From an uncultured Gemmatimonadaceae bacterium (GTDB lineage: Bacteria; Gemmatimonadota; Gemmatimonadetes; Gemmatimonadales; Gemmatimonadaceae): 64,000 nucleotides of DNA. Below, piece after piece: positions 11,218-21,568 of this stretch. The notes under the pieces were generated by a model. That model ran no database searches. It was not told the DNA's origin and saw nothing but the letters and a program-made list of their open reading frames with translations. Position 1 is the stretch's first letter. Each line of letters opens with the position of its first letter. Position numbers and translations under genes: made by a program. The stretch is taken from assembly GCA_963716745.1 (NCBI GenBank), contig OY970320.1, positions 1,216,001 through 1,280,000 on the forward strand. Direction: 5' to 3'.

Positions 11218-11385
11218 GGTAGCTCCTATTATCGGAGGTTCACTGTGGCCATCCTGACTCGGCCACAGGCCATCGGAACAGCGGTGCCGCGGCATCCTGG
11301 TGACGCGACGACCGTACAGAATCCGGCACTCGCCGGCCAATCCCAAATATAATGCTTTTCTACACCGCTCGCCTGAGAAGTTCGG

Positions 11386-14300
11386 CTAGTGTTCGGCGGA
11401 AAGGCGGGCGACGCGGGCGTGGGCGTCCTTCACGATCGGCTGGAGTTCCGGGTCCGCGTTCTTCCAGAGATCGGTGAGCTTCAAGTAATACTCCGTGGCC
11501 TTCTTCCGGTCGCCCTTGGCCTCATAGAGCTCACCCAGGCGCTGGTACGTGGCGGCCAGGGTGATCGGGTCGGTGAAGATCGCGCGCTGCGGTCCCGAGT
11601 TCGCGAGCCCGGCCTCATAGTACATGAGAGCCGAGTCGGGTTCGCCGAGCTTCTGGAACTGTGCCGCGATGTCGAAGAGCCCGCATTGGGGACAGCCGAT
11701 CTCGGTGCGCATGCGACGGTACGCCGCGATCGCATCAGCGGGACGCCCCTGCGCGGCGGCGATGTCGCCGGCGGCCAATGACGCGTTCGCGTCGCCCTTC
11801 TGGAAGCCCTTCGGTACCGAATCGGCATACTCCGCCATCATGCGTTGGGCGACATCGACGCGGCCGGCGGCTGCGTATGCGCTCGCAAGGATGGTGTACG
11901 GACGATCCACCGCCTCCATCGTGGAGAGCGGGTGCTTCGCGAGAGCCGCGTTCACCTTCGCGATCGCCTCGGCGGGACGATTGAAGTGACGGATCTCGAC
12001 GATCGCGTAGTTCGCGGAAAGGGTCAGGTAGTCGGCGGGCAATCCACGCCCTTCCGCCGCTGCCTGTGCGGCGCGGAGCTGGTCCGCGGCCTGGCCCAGT
12101 TTTCCCTGATCGGCGGCAAATGCGGCGAGCGATTGATCGGAGAACTCCTGCACGAAGAGCGAGGCGGGGTGCGCCGCCTTGTTCTCGCGGGAAATGCGCT
12201 CCGCGCCGGCATAGTCACCCCGAATCGCTGCCATGCCGGCGCGACTGAAGCCCAGGTTGGGGTCATTCGGCAGTGCGTGCTGCCAGCGCGCGAGCGAGCT
12301 CTCGGCGGCGGCCATGTTCCCCTGCGCCGTCTGCGCGCGGATCGCATGGAACGGGCAATTGGAGAAGACGCCGTTGTTCATGCAACGCACCGCCAGGCTC
12401 TCGGACTCGGCGTAGCGGCGCATATCGAAGAGCACGATCGCGAGATTGTTCAGCGGGATCGTGTTGTCCGGATCGATCGCGAGCATCGCGCGATACGCCG
12501 CCTCAACCTTGGTCGGCTCGTTGTCCACCGTGTTGTAGTAGTACGCGATCGTCGCCTGCTTCTCGAGTTCCGGGAGCCGGTCCCTATTGGTGTACGCCTT
12601 GGTGATCGCGTGCAGCACTTTCACATTCGACGCGCCAATGTTCCCATAGATCGCGCCGAGCTTGCGCCAGGCCATCGCGAATCCGCTGTCCGCCGCGACC
12701 GCTTCCTCGTAGAGCGGAATGGACTGCTCTTCCTGTCCCAGGTCTGAGAGGCGCAGCGCTTGCGTGTACTTGCGGAGCGCGTCGAGCGAGGCCGTGGTCA
12801 CATGCGCCAGCGGCTCATCGGCGCGGATGCTCACGAGCGATTCGCCGATCCGTTCGCGCAGCGCGCGTGAGAGTTTGTCGAGTGCCGGGATGAGATCGGC
12901 GTCGGACGCCGCGGTCTCGCGCACCGCCGTGAGCACCGCACCGTCCTTCGCCGAAACGACACGGGCCGACACGACGAAGCTCTTCCCCACCGGATCGATC
13001 TGCCCTTCCACGATGGCCGGCACGCCCTCGCGCTCCGCGACCTCGCGTGCGAGCGCCGGATTCAGCACCGATCCCGCCGGCTTCTGCATCCGCTTCAGCG
13101 CGTCGCTCACCGCCTGCGCGTCGACCAGCTTGACGGTCTGCGACTGCGAGAGGTCCACGCGGAACGCTTCGGTGAGCGTCGGGCCCAGCGTCGAGTCGCT
13201 CGAACGGTTCTCGAATTCCGCGAGCAGGATGGGCTGCTTCGCCTTGAGCAATCCCTTCGCCTGCAGGGTGCCCACCGAGCCAATACCCATGACGCGCATC
13301 GTGCTGTAGCCGATCACGATGATCGCGAGCGCCGCGAACGCCGCGACGCCACCCATAATGGCCCGGCGCCACGTGAACAGCTTCTGCACGCCCACCGGCG
13401 GCACCATGAACGTGCCCGTGTGCGCTGCCTCCATCCGCTCACGCTCGCGCTTGCCGGTGAGGATCATGATCGGCAGGCCGGGGATGAGCAGCACGGCGGC
13501 CGCCACGATCACCCAGTCCGGCAGGCCAAGCGCGTTGCGCAGGATGAACACCGCGGCGATCACCGCGACGCTCGCGAGCGCGAACAGCAGCGCGATGCGC
13601 ATCGGGTTCGTGCGGCGGATCGCCGCCTTCGCGCCGCTCGTGAGCGCAGGCGTCGCGCCCGTGGGCGCCATGCCGCCGCTCGGCGTCGCCATCGCCTGCA
13701 GCTGCGAGAGGAGATCCTCGGCGCGCTGCACGCGGTCCGCCGGTTTCTTCTCGAGGCAGCGCATGATCAGCTCGTTCAGCGCCGGCGGCACGGAGGCGCG
13801 CTGCGACGAGAGCGGCGCGGGCGCGAGCGTGACGTGCGCCGCGAGCACCTGCTGCGGCGACATGCCGCTGAAGGGCGGATGGCCGCAGAGCATCTCGTAC
13901 GCCAGTGGCGCCCACCGCGTAGAGATCGGCGCGGTGGTCCACGTGCGGATCGGCGGCCGCCTGCTCGGGCGCCATGTAGGCCGGCGTGCCGAGCGCGAGG
14001 CCCATGGAGGTGAGCGACGTGCCGCCGCTGGAGGCGCTCACCGCCTTCGCGACGCCGAAGTCGGTGACCACCGCGTGATTGCCCGAGATCAGGACGTTGT
14101 CGGGCTTGATGTCGCGGTGCACTACGCCGTGCGCATGGGCGTAGGCGAGCGCGTCCACCACGTCGCGCATGATTCGGATCGTATCGCCCACCGGGAGTTC
14201 GCCTTCGCGCGCGAGTTTCGCGCGGAGCGATTCTCCCTCGACGAGCGGCATCGTGTAGTAGAACAGATCGCCGACCTGCGCGGCGGCGTGCAGCGGCACG

Positions 14301-14524
14301 ATGTGCGGGTGCTGGAGCGACGCGGCGAGCTGGATCTCGCGCCGGAAGCGCTCGATATTCACGCCGGCCGCCATCTCCGGCGGCAGCACCTTCACCACGA
14401 CGCGCCGCCCCAGTGCGGTCTCGTGCGCGAGGAACACGTGCGACATGCCGCCGCCGCCCAGTTCACGGTCGATGCGATAGGCGTCGCCGAGCGCGGTCTG
14501 GAGCCGTGATTGGAGGTCGGACAT
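11386..14524 (-). CDS. Hanks-type Ser/Thr kinase with TM segments and TPR C-terminus (frameshift near 13906)
   Basis: LGGGGMS, VVVK, HRDIKPDN, DFGVAK, GTPAYMAPEQ and DLYAVG, then YEMLCG in the next frame; TM helices and TPRs follow. Confidence 0.87.
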
Positions 14525-14567
14525 CGAGGCGGAATCTACCGCGCGGGAACGGTGCCCGCGAGGAGTC

Positions 14568-15683
14568 TTACCGCGGCGGCTTCTTCGCGGTGTCGGCCTT
14601 CGGCGCCATGGGCATGTCCATCTTCATGTTCGGATCCATGTCCATTCCCGCGCGCTCGTCCGCCGGCGCACCGAGATCGGGCGGCAGCGACGCAACGTCT
14701 TTCTTCGTCTCCGGATCGTTCAGATCGAGCTTGGGCCAAAGCGAGAAATCGGTTGGCTCGAAGATGCCGTTCAGCTGCGCCATGCCGCCCTTCGCGATCG
14801 GCTTGCCGGTGGGATTGTCGTACGACGCCACGAGGCGGTACGGGTGATTCGCCTGCAGGGGCAGCGCATCTTCGTGGAATCCGTACACGAAGCGTTCCAC
14901 GCCGCGCACCTGACCGTCCTTGCTCTTGGTGGCGTCGAGCTTGATCATCACTTTGCCGCTCGCGACATCCACGAGGGAGACCGACTTCCCGTACGGATGC
15001 ATATGACCGCCGACTGCGATCATGCGGCCGTCCACGGGGATCGTGAAATCGAACGTCTTCGTGGACTTGCCCGCGGGAAGGTCGTACGAGTTGTCGCCGC
15101 CATTCACGTTGCTCACATCCAGGTACCACGGGTACACGGCGACCTTCATGTCCTTGGGCACTTCGTAGGGCATCGTGATGGTGACCGTCGCGCCCTTGAT
15201 GTCGTGGCCGCTGTCATTGTGCCACGCGATGAGGAAGCCGAGGTGGTCGCCGAGCGGGAGCGGCACGCCGACGCCGGCCGGGAGCGTGATCTCCTGCGTG
15301 TCCTGTCCCCACGCGAACACGCGCTCGACGGACTCGTGGATCAGCTGGCGCCGGTCGAAGTTGTACATCACGAGATGATGGATCACATTGCCCGGCACCG
15401 GTGCGCCGTGCGGATCGGTGAGCGTCACGTTGACGCCGTTCAGCGCGCCCGTGACAGGCCACGCGAAACGCATCATCTTGCTCTCCGAAGTGTGATGCAT
15501 TACGCCGCTGCCCATGCCCGGCATGTTGCCGTGACCGACGAGGTCGAAGGGGCCGGCGACGATCACGACGTTGTGCCGGATGGAATCGACGGTGATCTTG
15601 ACCGTGGTGGGGGTGTTCGGCGACGACTGCGCGGCGAGCGGAGAGGCGGCGAGTGCGAGGATGAGAGCGAGCGAAGAACGCAT
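14568..15683 (-). CDS. Secreted copper type II (PHM/DBM-like) monooxygenase-like protein
   Basis: Signal peptide; IHHLVMY, AWHND, GHMHPYG and a downstream Met (GGMAQ); Met-rich tails. Confidence 0.6.
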   Translation of the reverse strand: MRSSLALILALAASPLAAQSSPNTPTTVKITVDSIRHNVVIVAGPFDLVGHGNMPGMGSGVMHHTSESKMMRFAWPVTGALNGVNVTLTDPHGAPVPGNVIHHLVMYNFDRRQLIHESVERVFAWGQDTQEITLPAGVGVPLPLGDHLGFLIAWHNDSGHDIKGATVTITMPYEVPKDMKVAVYPWYLDVSNVNGGDNSYDLPAGKSTKTFDFTIPVDGRMIAVGGHMHPYGKSVSLVDVASGKVMIKLDATKSKDGQVRGVERFVYGFHEDALPLQANHPYRLVASYDNPTGKPIAKGGMAQLNGIFEPTDFSLWPKLDLNDPETKKDVASLPPDLGAPADERAGMDMDPNMKMDMPMAPKADTAKKPPR

Positions 15684-15853
15684 TGGTATCGAGTAGTTGC
15701 TAAGGGAATTAGCGGATCCGCGACGCGGACCGCAGTATTGCGGCGATAAAGATAATCGATGTCGGCCGCCGGTTCAGGGCGGATCTCGCCGGAACGGCTC
15801 GTGCGGGCCCGGGTACGGAGTACAGGGGGATTACATCACCAAGGAGGCGGTGT

Positions 15854-16177
15854 ATGCGCCAACGATTGTCAGTGGTATTCGCCGCGCTGATGCTGCCGGC
15901 GCTCGCGTCCTGCAGCTCTTCGACCGCGGCGGAGTGCGTGCCGATCGGCGGGAAGTTTCATGCGCAGACCCCGACGCTGGTCCTGCTCTACCACTCGAAC
16001 GTGGACGTCGCCGCGATCACGGATACGCTCGAAGCGCGCTACGACTTCACGGCGGTGAGCGAGAATCCCGCAGGTCATTTTGCGACGATCCCCGCGCCGC
16101 AACCAGACGCCGCGCTCAATGGGCTGCGCTGTGAGCCGAGCATCCAGGCGATGTGGTACAATCAGCCCGGGGGATGA
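15854..16177 (+). CDS. Small lipoprotein, hypothetical
   Basis: AAGGAGG RBS; lipobox LASC; two further Cys. Confidence 0.65.
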   Translation: MRQRLSVVFAALMLPALASCSSSTAAECVPIGGKFHAQTPTLVLLYHSNVDVAAITDTLEARYDFTAVSENPAGHFATIPAPQPDAALNGLRCEPSIQAMWYNQPGG

Positions 16178-16195
16178 GGGCGGTCGCGGTCGCGC

Positions 16196-17335
16196 CTAGG
16201 TGCCAGCTTCGAGGCGCAGGTAATACTGGCGCTTGAACTCGTCCAGCGCGTCGCCGACGAGCAAGTTGTCGGCGATGGCGGCGATCTCCTCGGCCTCCTT
16301 CCACGCTTCGCGCAATTCCGTGAGCTCGCCATCGAGCGCGCGGCGTTCTACATCCTCGTTCGACGCCATCTCCATCGCGAGGCGGTCCTCGGGCGGGAGG
16401 CGGTAGAGCGGCGTGCGGCTCTCGCTGCCGATCCCGCCGTGTCCCCAGAACGAACGTGTCGCGAGCGGCAGCGCGAGCCGCTCGGCCTCCGAGTGTGCAA
16501 CGGGCGCGGCGGCCGGGTCCGGAGCCGCCTCGGGGTGACGGCCCCACGACGTGCGCATCGCGAGATTCCCGATGCGTCCGAAGAAGCCGGTGGGATCGCT
16601 GGCGTCGCCGAGCTTGGCGAGCGCCCAGCGCACCTCGGACTTGCTGGCCGCGGCGAAGTTGAGCACCGCGAGCAGACGGCCGGTGGCGAGGATCGCGGGT
16701 TGCTCGGCGAGCGTGGAGATGCCTTCGTCGTGCGCGACGCGGATGCGCCAGGGCTCGCCGCGCGCCGGGCGGATGAGCTCCGCCTGGGAGAGATGCGCGT
16801 AGCGGATCACCACGCGGCGGTGGTTCTCGTCCTCGCTGCGCGCGAGCACCGAGGCGCCGCGGCGGAAGGTGCTGAGATGGAGCACGGTCTCATCGCTGAG
16901 ACCGACCAGGGAGGAAACGCGCGCGACACCAGCTGCCGCGCGGCGCGCGAGATAGCGCGCGCTGCGGCGCCACACGCCGCGCGGATCATCCTCGTGCAAG
17001 CGGCGCTGCAGGCGCGCGCCGTAGCGCCACGACGCAATCTCCGGGAAGAGCGCGGGGCCGATGCGAATGAGTTCGAGACGCGAGCGCGTTTTCGCGAGCC
17101 CGATGTTCTCCACCGAGTAGCGCTGCCAGGTGTCGCGATAGAGTTGTTCGCACCGCTCCACCGCCTCCCAGCGTTCCTCGAGCGGCGTGAGGTTCCAGCG
17201 TCCGCAGAAGGTGCACACCACCCACAGGCGCCCCTTGGCCGGATCGAACGCCAGGCGGCGGCCGACCGGGCAGGCCTCGACGTCATCGTTCGCGCCGAGA
17301 TCGGTATGACAGAAGAGGCAGGTGGAGTACATCAT
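16196..17335 (-). CDS. Hypothetical protein with N-terminal Cys4 zinc-ribbon-like motif
   Basis: CLFC ... CTFCGRWNL; acidic helical C-terminus. Confidence 0.7.
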   Translation of the reverse strand: MMYSTCLFCHTDLGANDDVEACPVGRRLAFDPAKGRLWVVCTFCGRWNLTPLEERWEAVERCEQLYRDTWQRYSVENIGLAKTRSRLELIRIGPALFPEIASWRYGARLQRRLHEDDPRGVWRRSARYLARRAAAGVARVSSLVGLSDETVLHLSTFRRGASVLARSEDENHRRVVIRYAHLSQAELIRPARGEPWRIRVAHDEGISTLAEQPAILATGRLLAVLNFAAASKSEVRWALAKLGDASDPTGFFGRIGNLAMRTSWGRHPEAAPDPAAAPVAHSEAERLALPLATRSFWGHGGIGSESRTPLYRLPPEDRLAMEMASNEDVERRALDGELTELREAWKEAEEIAAIADNLLVGDALDEFKRQYYLRLEAGT

Positions 17336-17357
17336 GGGCACCTTGCGCGTGGAGCAG

Positions 17358-17430
<73 letters not shown>

Positions 17431-17824
17431 CGCGTTGCATAAGCGAGGTGAACGGTGCTGCACGTACGCCACGACGCAGCACGTTCCGCGACTCGTGCGG
17501 CAACGCTGACGCGATGTCAGCGCGGCGTGTGTCGTGAGTTCAAGATAGCGTTCACGCCGACCAACGTGAAGGACCGATTCTCGGTGATGAACCGCGTTGA
17601 CGAATGAGCCGGCGCGGAGAAGGCAGGCGGGCGCGGGTACTTGCGCACGGCGCATCGCTGCAACAAACTCGTGCTTCGCTGAGTGACTCGAGCGATCCGG
17701 ACGCTGCATACCCGGTACCTTCGAGTTAGCTCCATCGTGCTCTCAATGCGCACCTCAGGAATGAACCGAAGACCCCCCGTTAACCAAAACTAATTCCTCA
17801 GCTAAGTATGTTCGTGACCCCTTC

Positions 17825-17853
17825 TTGACATTCGGGTGTAGAGGGCCTAGCGT
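17825..17853 (+). promoter_or_regulatory. Sigma70-type promoter of the FN3 lipoprotein gene
   Basis: TTGACA-17 bp-TAGCGT. Confidence 0.5.
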
Positions 17854-17973
17854 GGGGGCCAACGCCCCCTAACGGGCGGCAAGTGCCAGTGTTATTGTAT
17901 GTGCACCAGTTCGCGGTAAGAATGCCCGCGTGGGCCCAGGCACGGTAGCTTCAACCGCCAAGAGGAGCTTGAC

Positions 17974-20031
17974 ATGAGAAACAGGTTTGTTATGAGCAGG
18001 GGTCTTGTCGCCGCCGTGGCGGCCCTGACTATCTTCTCGAGTTGCTCGAAGAACAGCGACACGGGGACGGCGCCGCCGAACCTCCCGCCGGCGCCCACAG
18101 GTGTCACCGCCTCGCCGCTGTGGGGCCAGGTGACCGTGTCGTGGGATTTTAACGCTGGAGCGGTGACCAACAACGTGTATTGGTCGACGACCGCGGGCGT
18201 CACGCCGCAGACCGGCACGAAGGTCACGGCCGCGGATAATCCGTTCGTCCAGACGGGACTGACCAACGGCACCACATACTACTACGTCGTGACGGCGACG
18301 AACGTCAACGGCGAATCGGCTCCCTCGGCGGAAGTGTCCGCGACCCCCGCGACCACGGAGAAGCCGGCGATGCCACTCGGCGTGAAGGCCGTGCCGGGGA
18401 ACGCGTCGGACACCATTCGCTGGAACGTGGATCCGGGCACGACCAGCTACAATCTGTACTGGTCGAACACGCCTGGCATCGACGTCACCGACGCCACGAC
18501 GTACGCATTCAAGATCAGCAATCCGACTTCGAGTTACGTTCACGCGCTCCTTACCAACGGCACGACGTACTACTACGTGGTGACCGGCGTGAATGCGAAC
18601 GGCGAGTCGGATCCGTCGGCCGAAGTCAGTGCGACGCCGCAGGCGCCGCTCGCGCCGCCGACGCTGAGCAGCGTCCACGCGGGCAACGCGAAGGACACCC
18701 TGAAGTGGACGAGCGTGGCGGGCGCATCGACGTATAACGTTTACCGCGGCACGGCCCCCGGCGTTACGACGCTGACGGGAACGAAGCTTGCGAGTCACAC
18801 CAGTCCGTTCACCGACAGTGTCGGCCTCACGAACGGCACGACGTACTACTATGTCGTGACGGCTGTGAAGGGCGGCGTCGAAGGCGCGATCTCCAACGAA
18901 CTCAGTGCGACGCCGCAAGCTCCGCCGGCCGCTCCGTCCGGTGTCACGGGCGCGATCACGTCGGCCACTTCGGTGACGATCACCTGGCCGGCCGTCAGTG
19001 GCGCGACCGGGTACAACATCTACTACAGCACGAGCCAGAACGTTTCGGTGTCGACCGGCACGAAGGTCGGCGGCGTCACGAGTCCGTCAACGGTCACCGG
19101 CTTGACCACCGGTACCCCGTACTTCTTCATCGTGACGGCGACGGCGCTGGGTGTTGAATCGCCGGCTTCGTCTCCCGCGGTGAGTGTGACCCCGAACGCG
19201 CTCCCCGCTGCGCCTGGTGGCGTGACGGCCATGCCCGGCTCGGCGTCGGACACGGTCGCTTGGACCGCCGTGGCGAACGCAACGTCGTACAACATTTACT
19301 GGTCCACCACGACCGGTGTGACGACGGGTACTGGCACCAAGATCTCCGGCGTCACCAATCCGTTCGCACACAGCCCGCTCACCAACGGCACGGCGTACTT
19401 CTACATCGTGACGGCGGTGAACAGCGCGGGTGAAGGGCCGGCATCATCGCAGGTGACCGCGACACCGAAGGCGGCACTGGCTGCTCCGGTGGTAACCGCG
19501 GTGCTCGGTGACACGCATAACACGATCACGTGGCCGGCGGTTGCCGGCGCGGCTGGGTACAACCTGTACTGGTCGACGAGCCCGGGTGTGACGGTCGCGA
19601 CTGGCACGGAGATCAAGGGCGTGGTGAGCCCGGAGGCCCACACGGGCCTGACCAACGGCACGACGTACTACTACATCGTGGTCGATACCGTCGTATCGCC
19701 CTCGACCAGCAATCACGGCGTTTCCTCACCGGCGTCCGTAGAGGTGAGTGCCACGCCGCTGACGGCGCCGGGTCCTGTGACGGCGACGGCAGGCAGCAAG
19801 CAGGTGACCGTGGGCTGGACGCCGGAACTCGGCGCGACCTCGTACAACATCTACTGGTCGACGACCACAGGCGTGACGACGGGGACCGGCACCAAGATCA
19901 CCGGTGCGGCGAACCCGTACGTGCAGACCGGCCTGACCTCCGGAACGCCGTACTACTACATCGTCACGGCAGTGAACGCGAGCGGTGAGTCGGCAGCGTC
20001 TCCGCAGGTGACGGCAACACCCACTCCGTAG
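17974..20031 (+). CDS. Lipoprotein with seven fibronectin type III repeats
   Basis: Lipobox FSSC; seven repeats of YN(I/L)YW...GT(T/P)YYYxVTA. Confidence 0.88.
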   Translation: MRNRFVMSRGLVAAVAALTIFSSCSKNSDTGTAPPNLPPAPTGVTASPLWGQVTVSWDFNAGAVTNNVYWSTTAGVTPQTGTKVTAADNPFVQTGLTNGTTYYYVVTATNVNGESAPSAEVSATPATTEKPAMPLGVKAVPGNASDTIRWNVDPGTTSYNLYWSNTPGIDVTDATTYAFKISNPTSSYVHALLTNGTTYYYVVTGVNANGESDPSAEVSATPQAPLAPPTLSSVHAGNAKDTLKWTSVAGASTYNVYRGTAPGVTTLTGTKLASHTSPFTDSVGLTNGTTYYYVVTAVKGGVEGAISNELSATPQAPPAAPSGVTGAITSATSVTITWPAVSGATGYNIYYSTSQNVSVSTGTKVGGVTSPSTVTGLTTGTPYFFIVTATALGVESPASSPAVSVTPNALPAAPGGVTAMPGSASDTVAWTAVANATSYNIYWSTTTGVTTGTGTKISGVTNPFAHSPLTNGTAYFYIVTAVNSAGEGPASSQVTATPKAALAAPVVTAVLGDTHNTITWPAVAGAAGYNLYWSTSPGVTVATGTEIKGVVSPEAHTGLTNGTTYYYIVVDTVVSPSTSNHGVSSPASVEVSATPLTAPGPVTATAGSKQVTVGWTPELGATSYNIYWSTTTGVTTGTGTKITGAANPYVQTGLTSGTPYYYIVTAVNASGESAASPQVTATPTP

Positions 20032-20040
20032 TTCCGAATG

Positions 20041-20133
20041 CCTTGCTCCCGGGCACCATGCCGGGAGCAAGGACGGAGAGTGTGTTCGTGTTCTGATGGT
20101 GACGACCCCCCGGTGATTTGCCGGGGGGTCGTC
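20041..20133 (+). terminator. Two GC-rich hairpins after the FN3 gene
   Basis: CCTTGCTCCCGG/CCGGGAGCAAGG and GACGACCCCCCGG/CCGGGGGGTCGTC followed by GTTT. Confidence 0.55.
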
Positions 20134-20237
20134 GTTTGTCCCTCTAGAGGGCGCCCAGGCACCGAGCGAGCGCCCCCACGCACGCACGGCAACAGTCGCC
20201 GGCTGGCGGCGGCATCGCCGCCTCCGTAGAATCGGGC

Positions 20238-21437
20238 ATGATACGCACTCTCCAGGCGATGCCGATCGTGCTCGCGACCATGTTGGCCGTCGCGCCGGCC
20301 GGAGCGCAGCACGCCCCGGCGCCGGCCGGCTGGAACGCTTTCACCCGCATGTTCGACGACGCCGTCGATCACGACAGCATCATCGGATCCGCGATCCTGC
20401 TCGTGAAGAACGGCGCGATCATCGCGCACCATGAGAACGGCTGGGCCGATCGCGCGATCAAACGGCCGGTGACGGAGCGCACACTCTTCCACTACGGCTC
20501 GATCACCAAGACGCTCACCGCGATATCGATCATGCAGCTGCGCGACCGCGGCAAGCTCACGCTCGACGACCGCGTCACGAGCTATCTGCCCGAACTGCGT
20601 CTCGTGCACGACGCGTACGGTTCGATGGACAGCGTCACGATCCGGATGCTCATGTCGCATTCCGCGGGATTCCAGAATCCCACGTGGCCATATGGAAGCG
20701 ACCAGCCATGGGAGCCGTTCGAACCGACGACATGGAACCAACTCGTCGCGATGATGCCGTACCAGCAACTCCTGTTCAAGCCGGGCTCGCAGTTCAGCTA
20801 TTCGAATCCGGGGTTCATCTACCTCGCGCGCATCATCGAGCAGCTCTCAGGCGATCCGTGGGAGACCTACGTGCAGAAGAACATCCTGTCGCCGCTCGCG
20901 CTCACGCGGAGTTCGTTCGGCACCACGCCGTATTATCTGGCCGCCGACCGGTCACACAACTACTCGGTGATCCGCGATTCCGCGGGGCGTACGATGGTGC
21001 GCGACAACGGCGCGGATTTCGATCCGGGCATCACGATCCCGAACGGCGGCTGGAACGCGCCGCTCGCGGATCTCGCGACGTACATCGGCGTACTTCACGA
21101 ACGCCACGCGCGGCGACAGCACGACGCAGCGCTTTACGACGTGGTCCTCTCACGGAAGAGTCTCGCCGAGATGTGGCAGCCGCGGTTCCCGACGTCGGCC
21201 GATTCCACCGAGCAGCAGGAGTGGATGGGAATGTCGTTCTTCATTCTGCATCGCGGCGGCCGCACGATCGTCGGGCACACGGGGAGCCAGGCCGGATTCC
21301 TGGCGTTCCTCTATTTCGATCCGGCGACCGGCACCGGCGTCGTCGCCGCATTCAACACGGCGAGCGAGGTCGCCGGCGGGCCCAAGCCGCTCGCGTTCCA
21401 GAGGATCCGCGAGGCGGCGCTGCAACTGCTGCCTTAG
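20238..21437 (+). CDS. Beta-lactamase-family (class C-like) serine hydrolase
   Basis: Signal peptide; GSITK, YSN and GHTG motifs; probable compensated frameshift at ~21087-21135. Confidence 0.87.
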   Translation: MIRTLQAMPIVLATMLAVAPAGAQHAPAPAGWNAFTRMFDDAVDHDSIIGSAILLVKNGAIIAHHENGWADRAIKRPVTERTLFHYGSITKTLTAISIMQLRDRGKLTLDDRVTSYLPELRLVHDAYGSMDSVTIRMLMSHSAGFQNPTWPYGSDQPWEPFEPTTWNQLVAMMPYQQLLFKPGSQFSYSNPGFIYLARIIEQLSGDPWETYVQKNILSPLALTRSSFGTTPYYLAADRSHNYSVIRDSAGRTMVRDNGADFDPGITIPNGGWNAPLADLATYIGVLHERHARRQHDAALYDVVLSRKSLAEMWQPRFPTSADSTEQQEWMGMSFFILHRGGRTIVGHTGSQAGFLAFLYFDPATGTGVVAAFNTASEVAGGPKPLAFQRIREAALQLLP

Positions 21438-21568
21438 AAATACTGCGAAGCTGGGGCGCAGAGATCGCAGGAACCTGCGAGTACGCCGGGGTACGACGGG
21501 AATTAGCCGGTGCGAGCGCACCGAGCGATGCGCTCGCAGCAGGTTCCCCAGGAACGAGGAGGGACCCC

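Noticed and set aside
18250..19970. Regularly spaced nucleotide repeats resembling a CRISPR or DGR array
   Set aside because: They are coding repeats of FN3 domains about 280 bp apart. No cas or reverse transcriptase genes are present.
20684..21568. N-terminal half of the 613-aa ORF fused to Kelch
   Set aside because: It is an alternate frame of the serine hydrolase. The Kelch gene has its own RBS and signal peptide at 21569.
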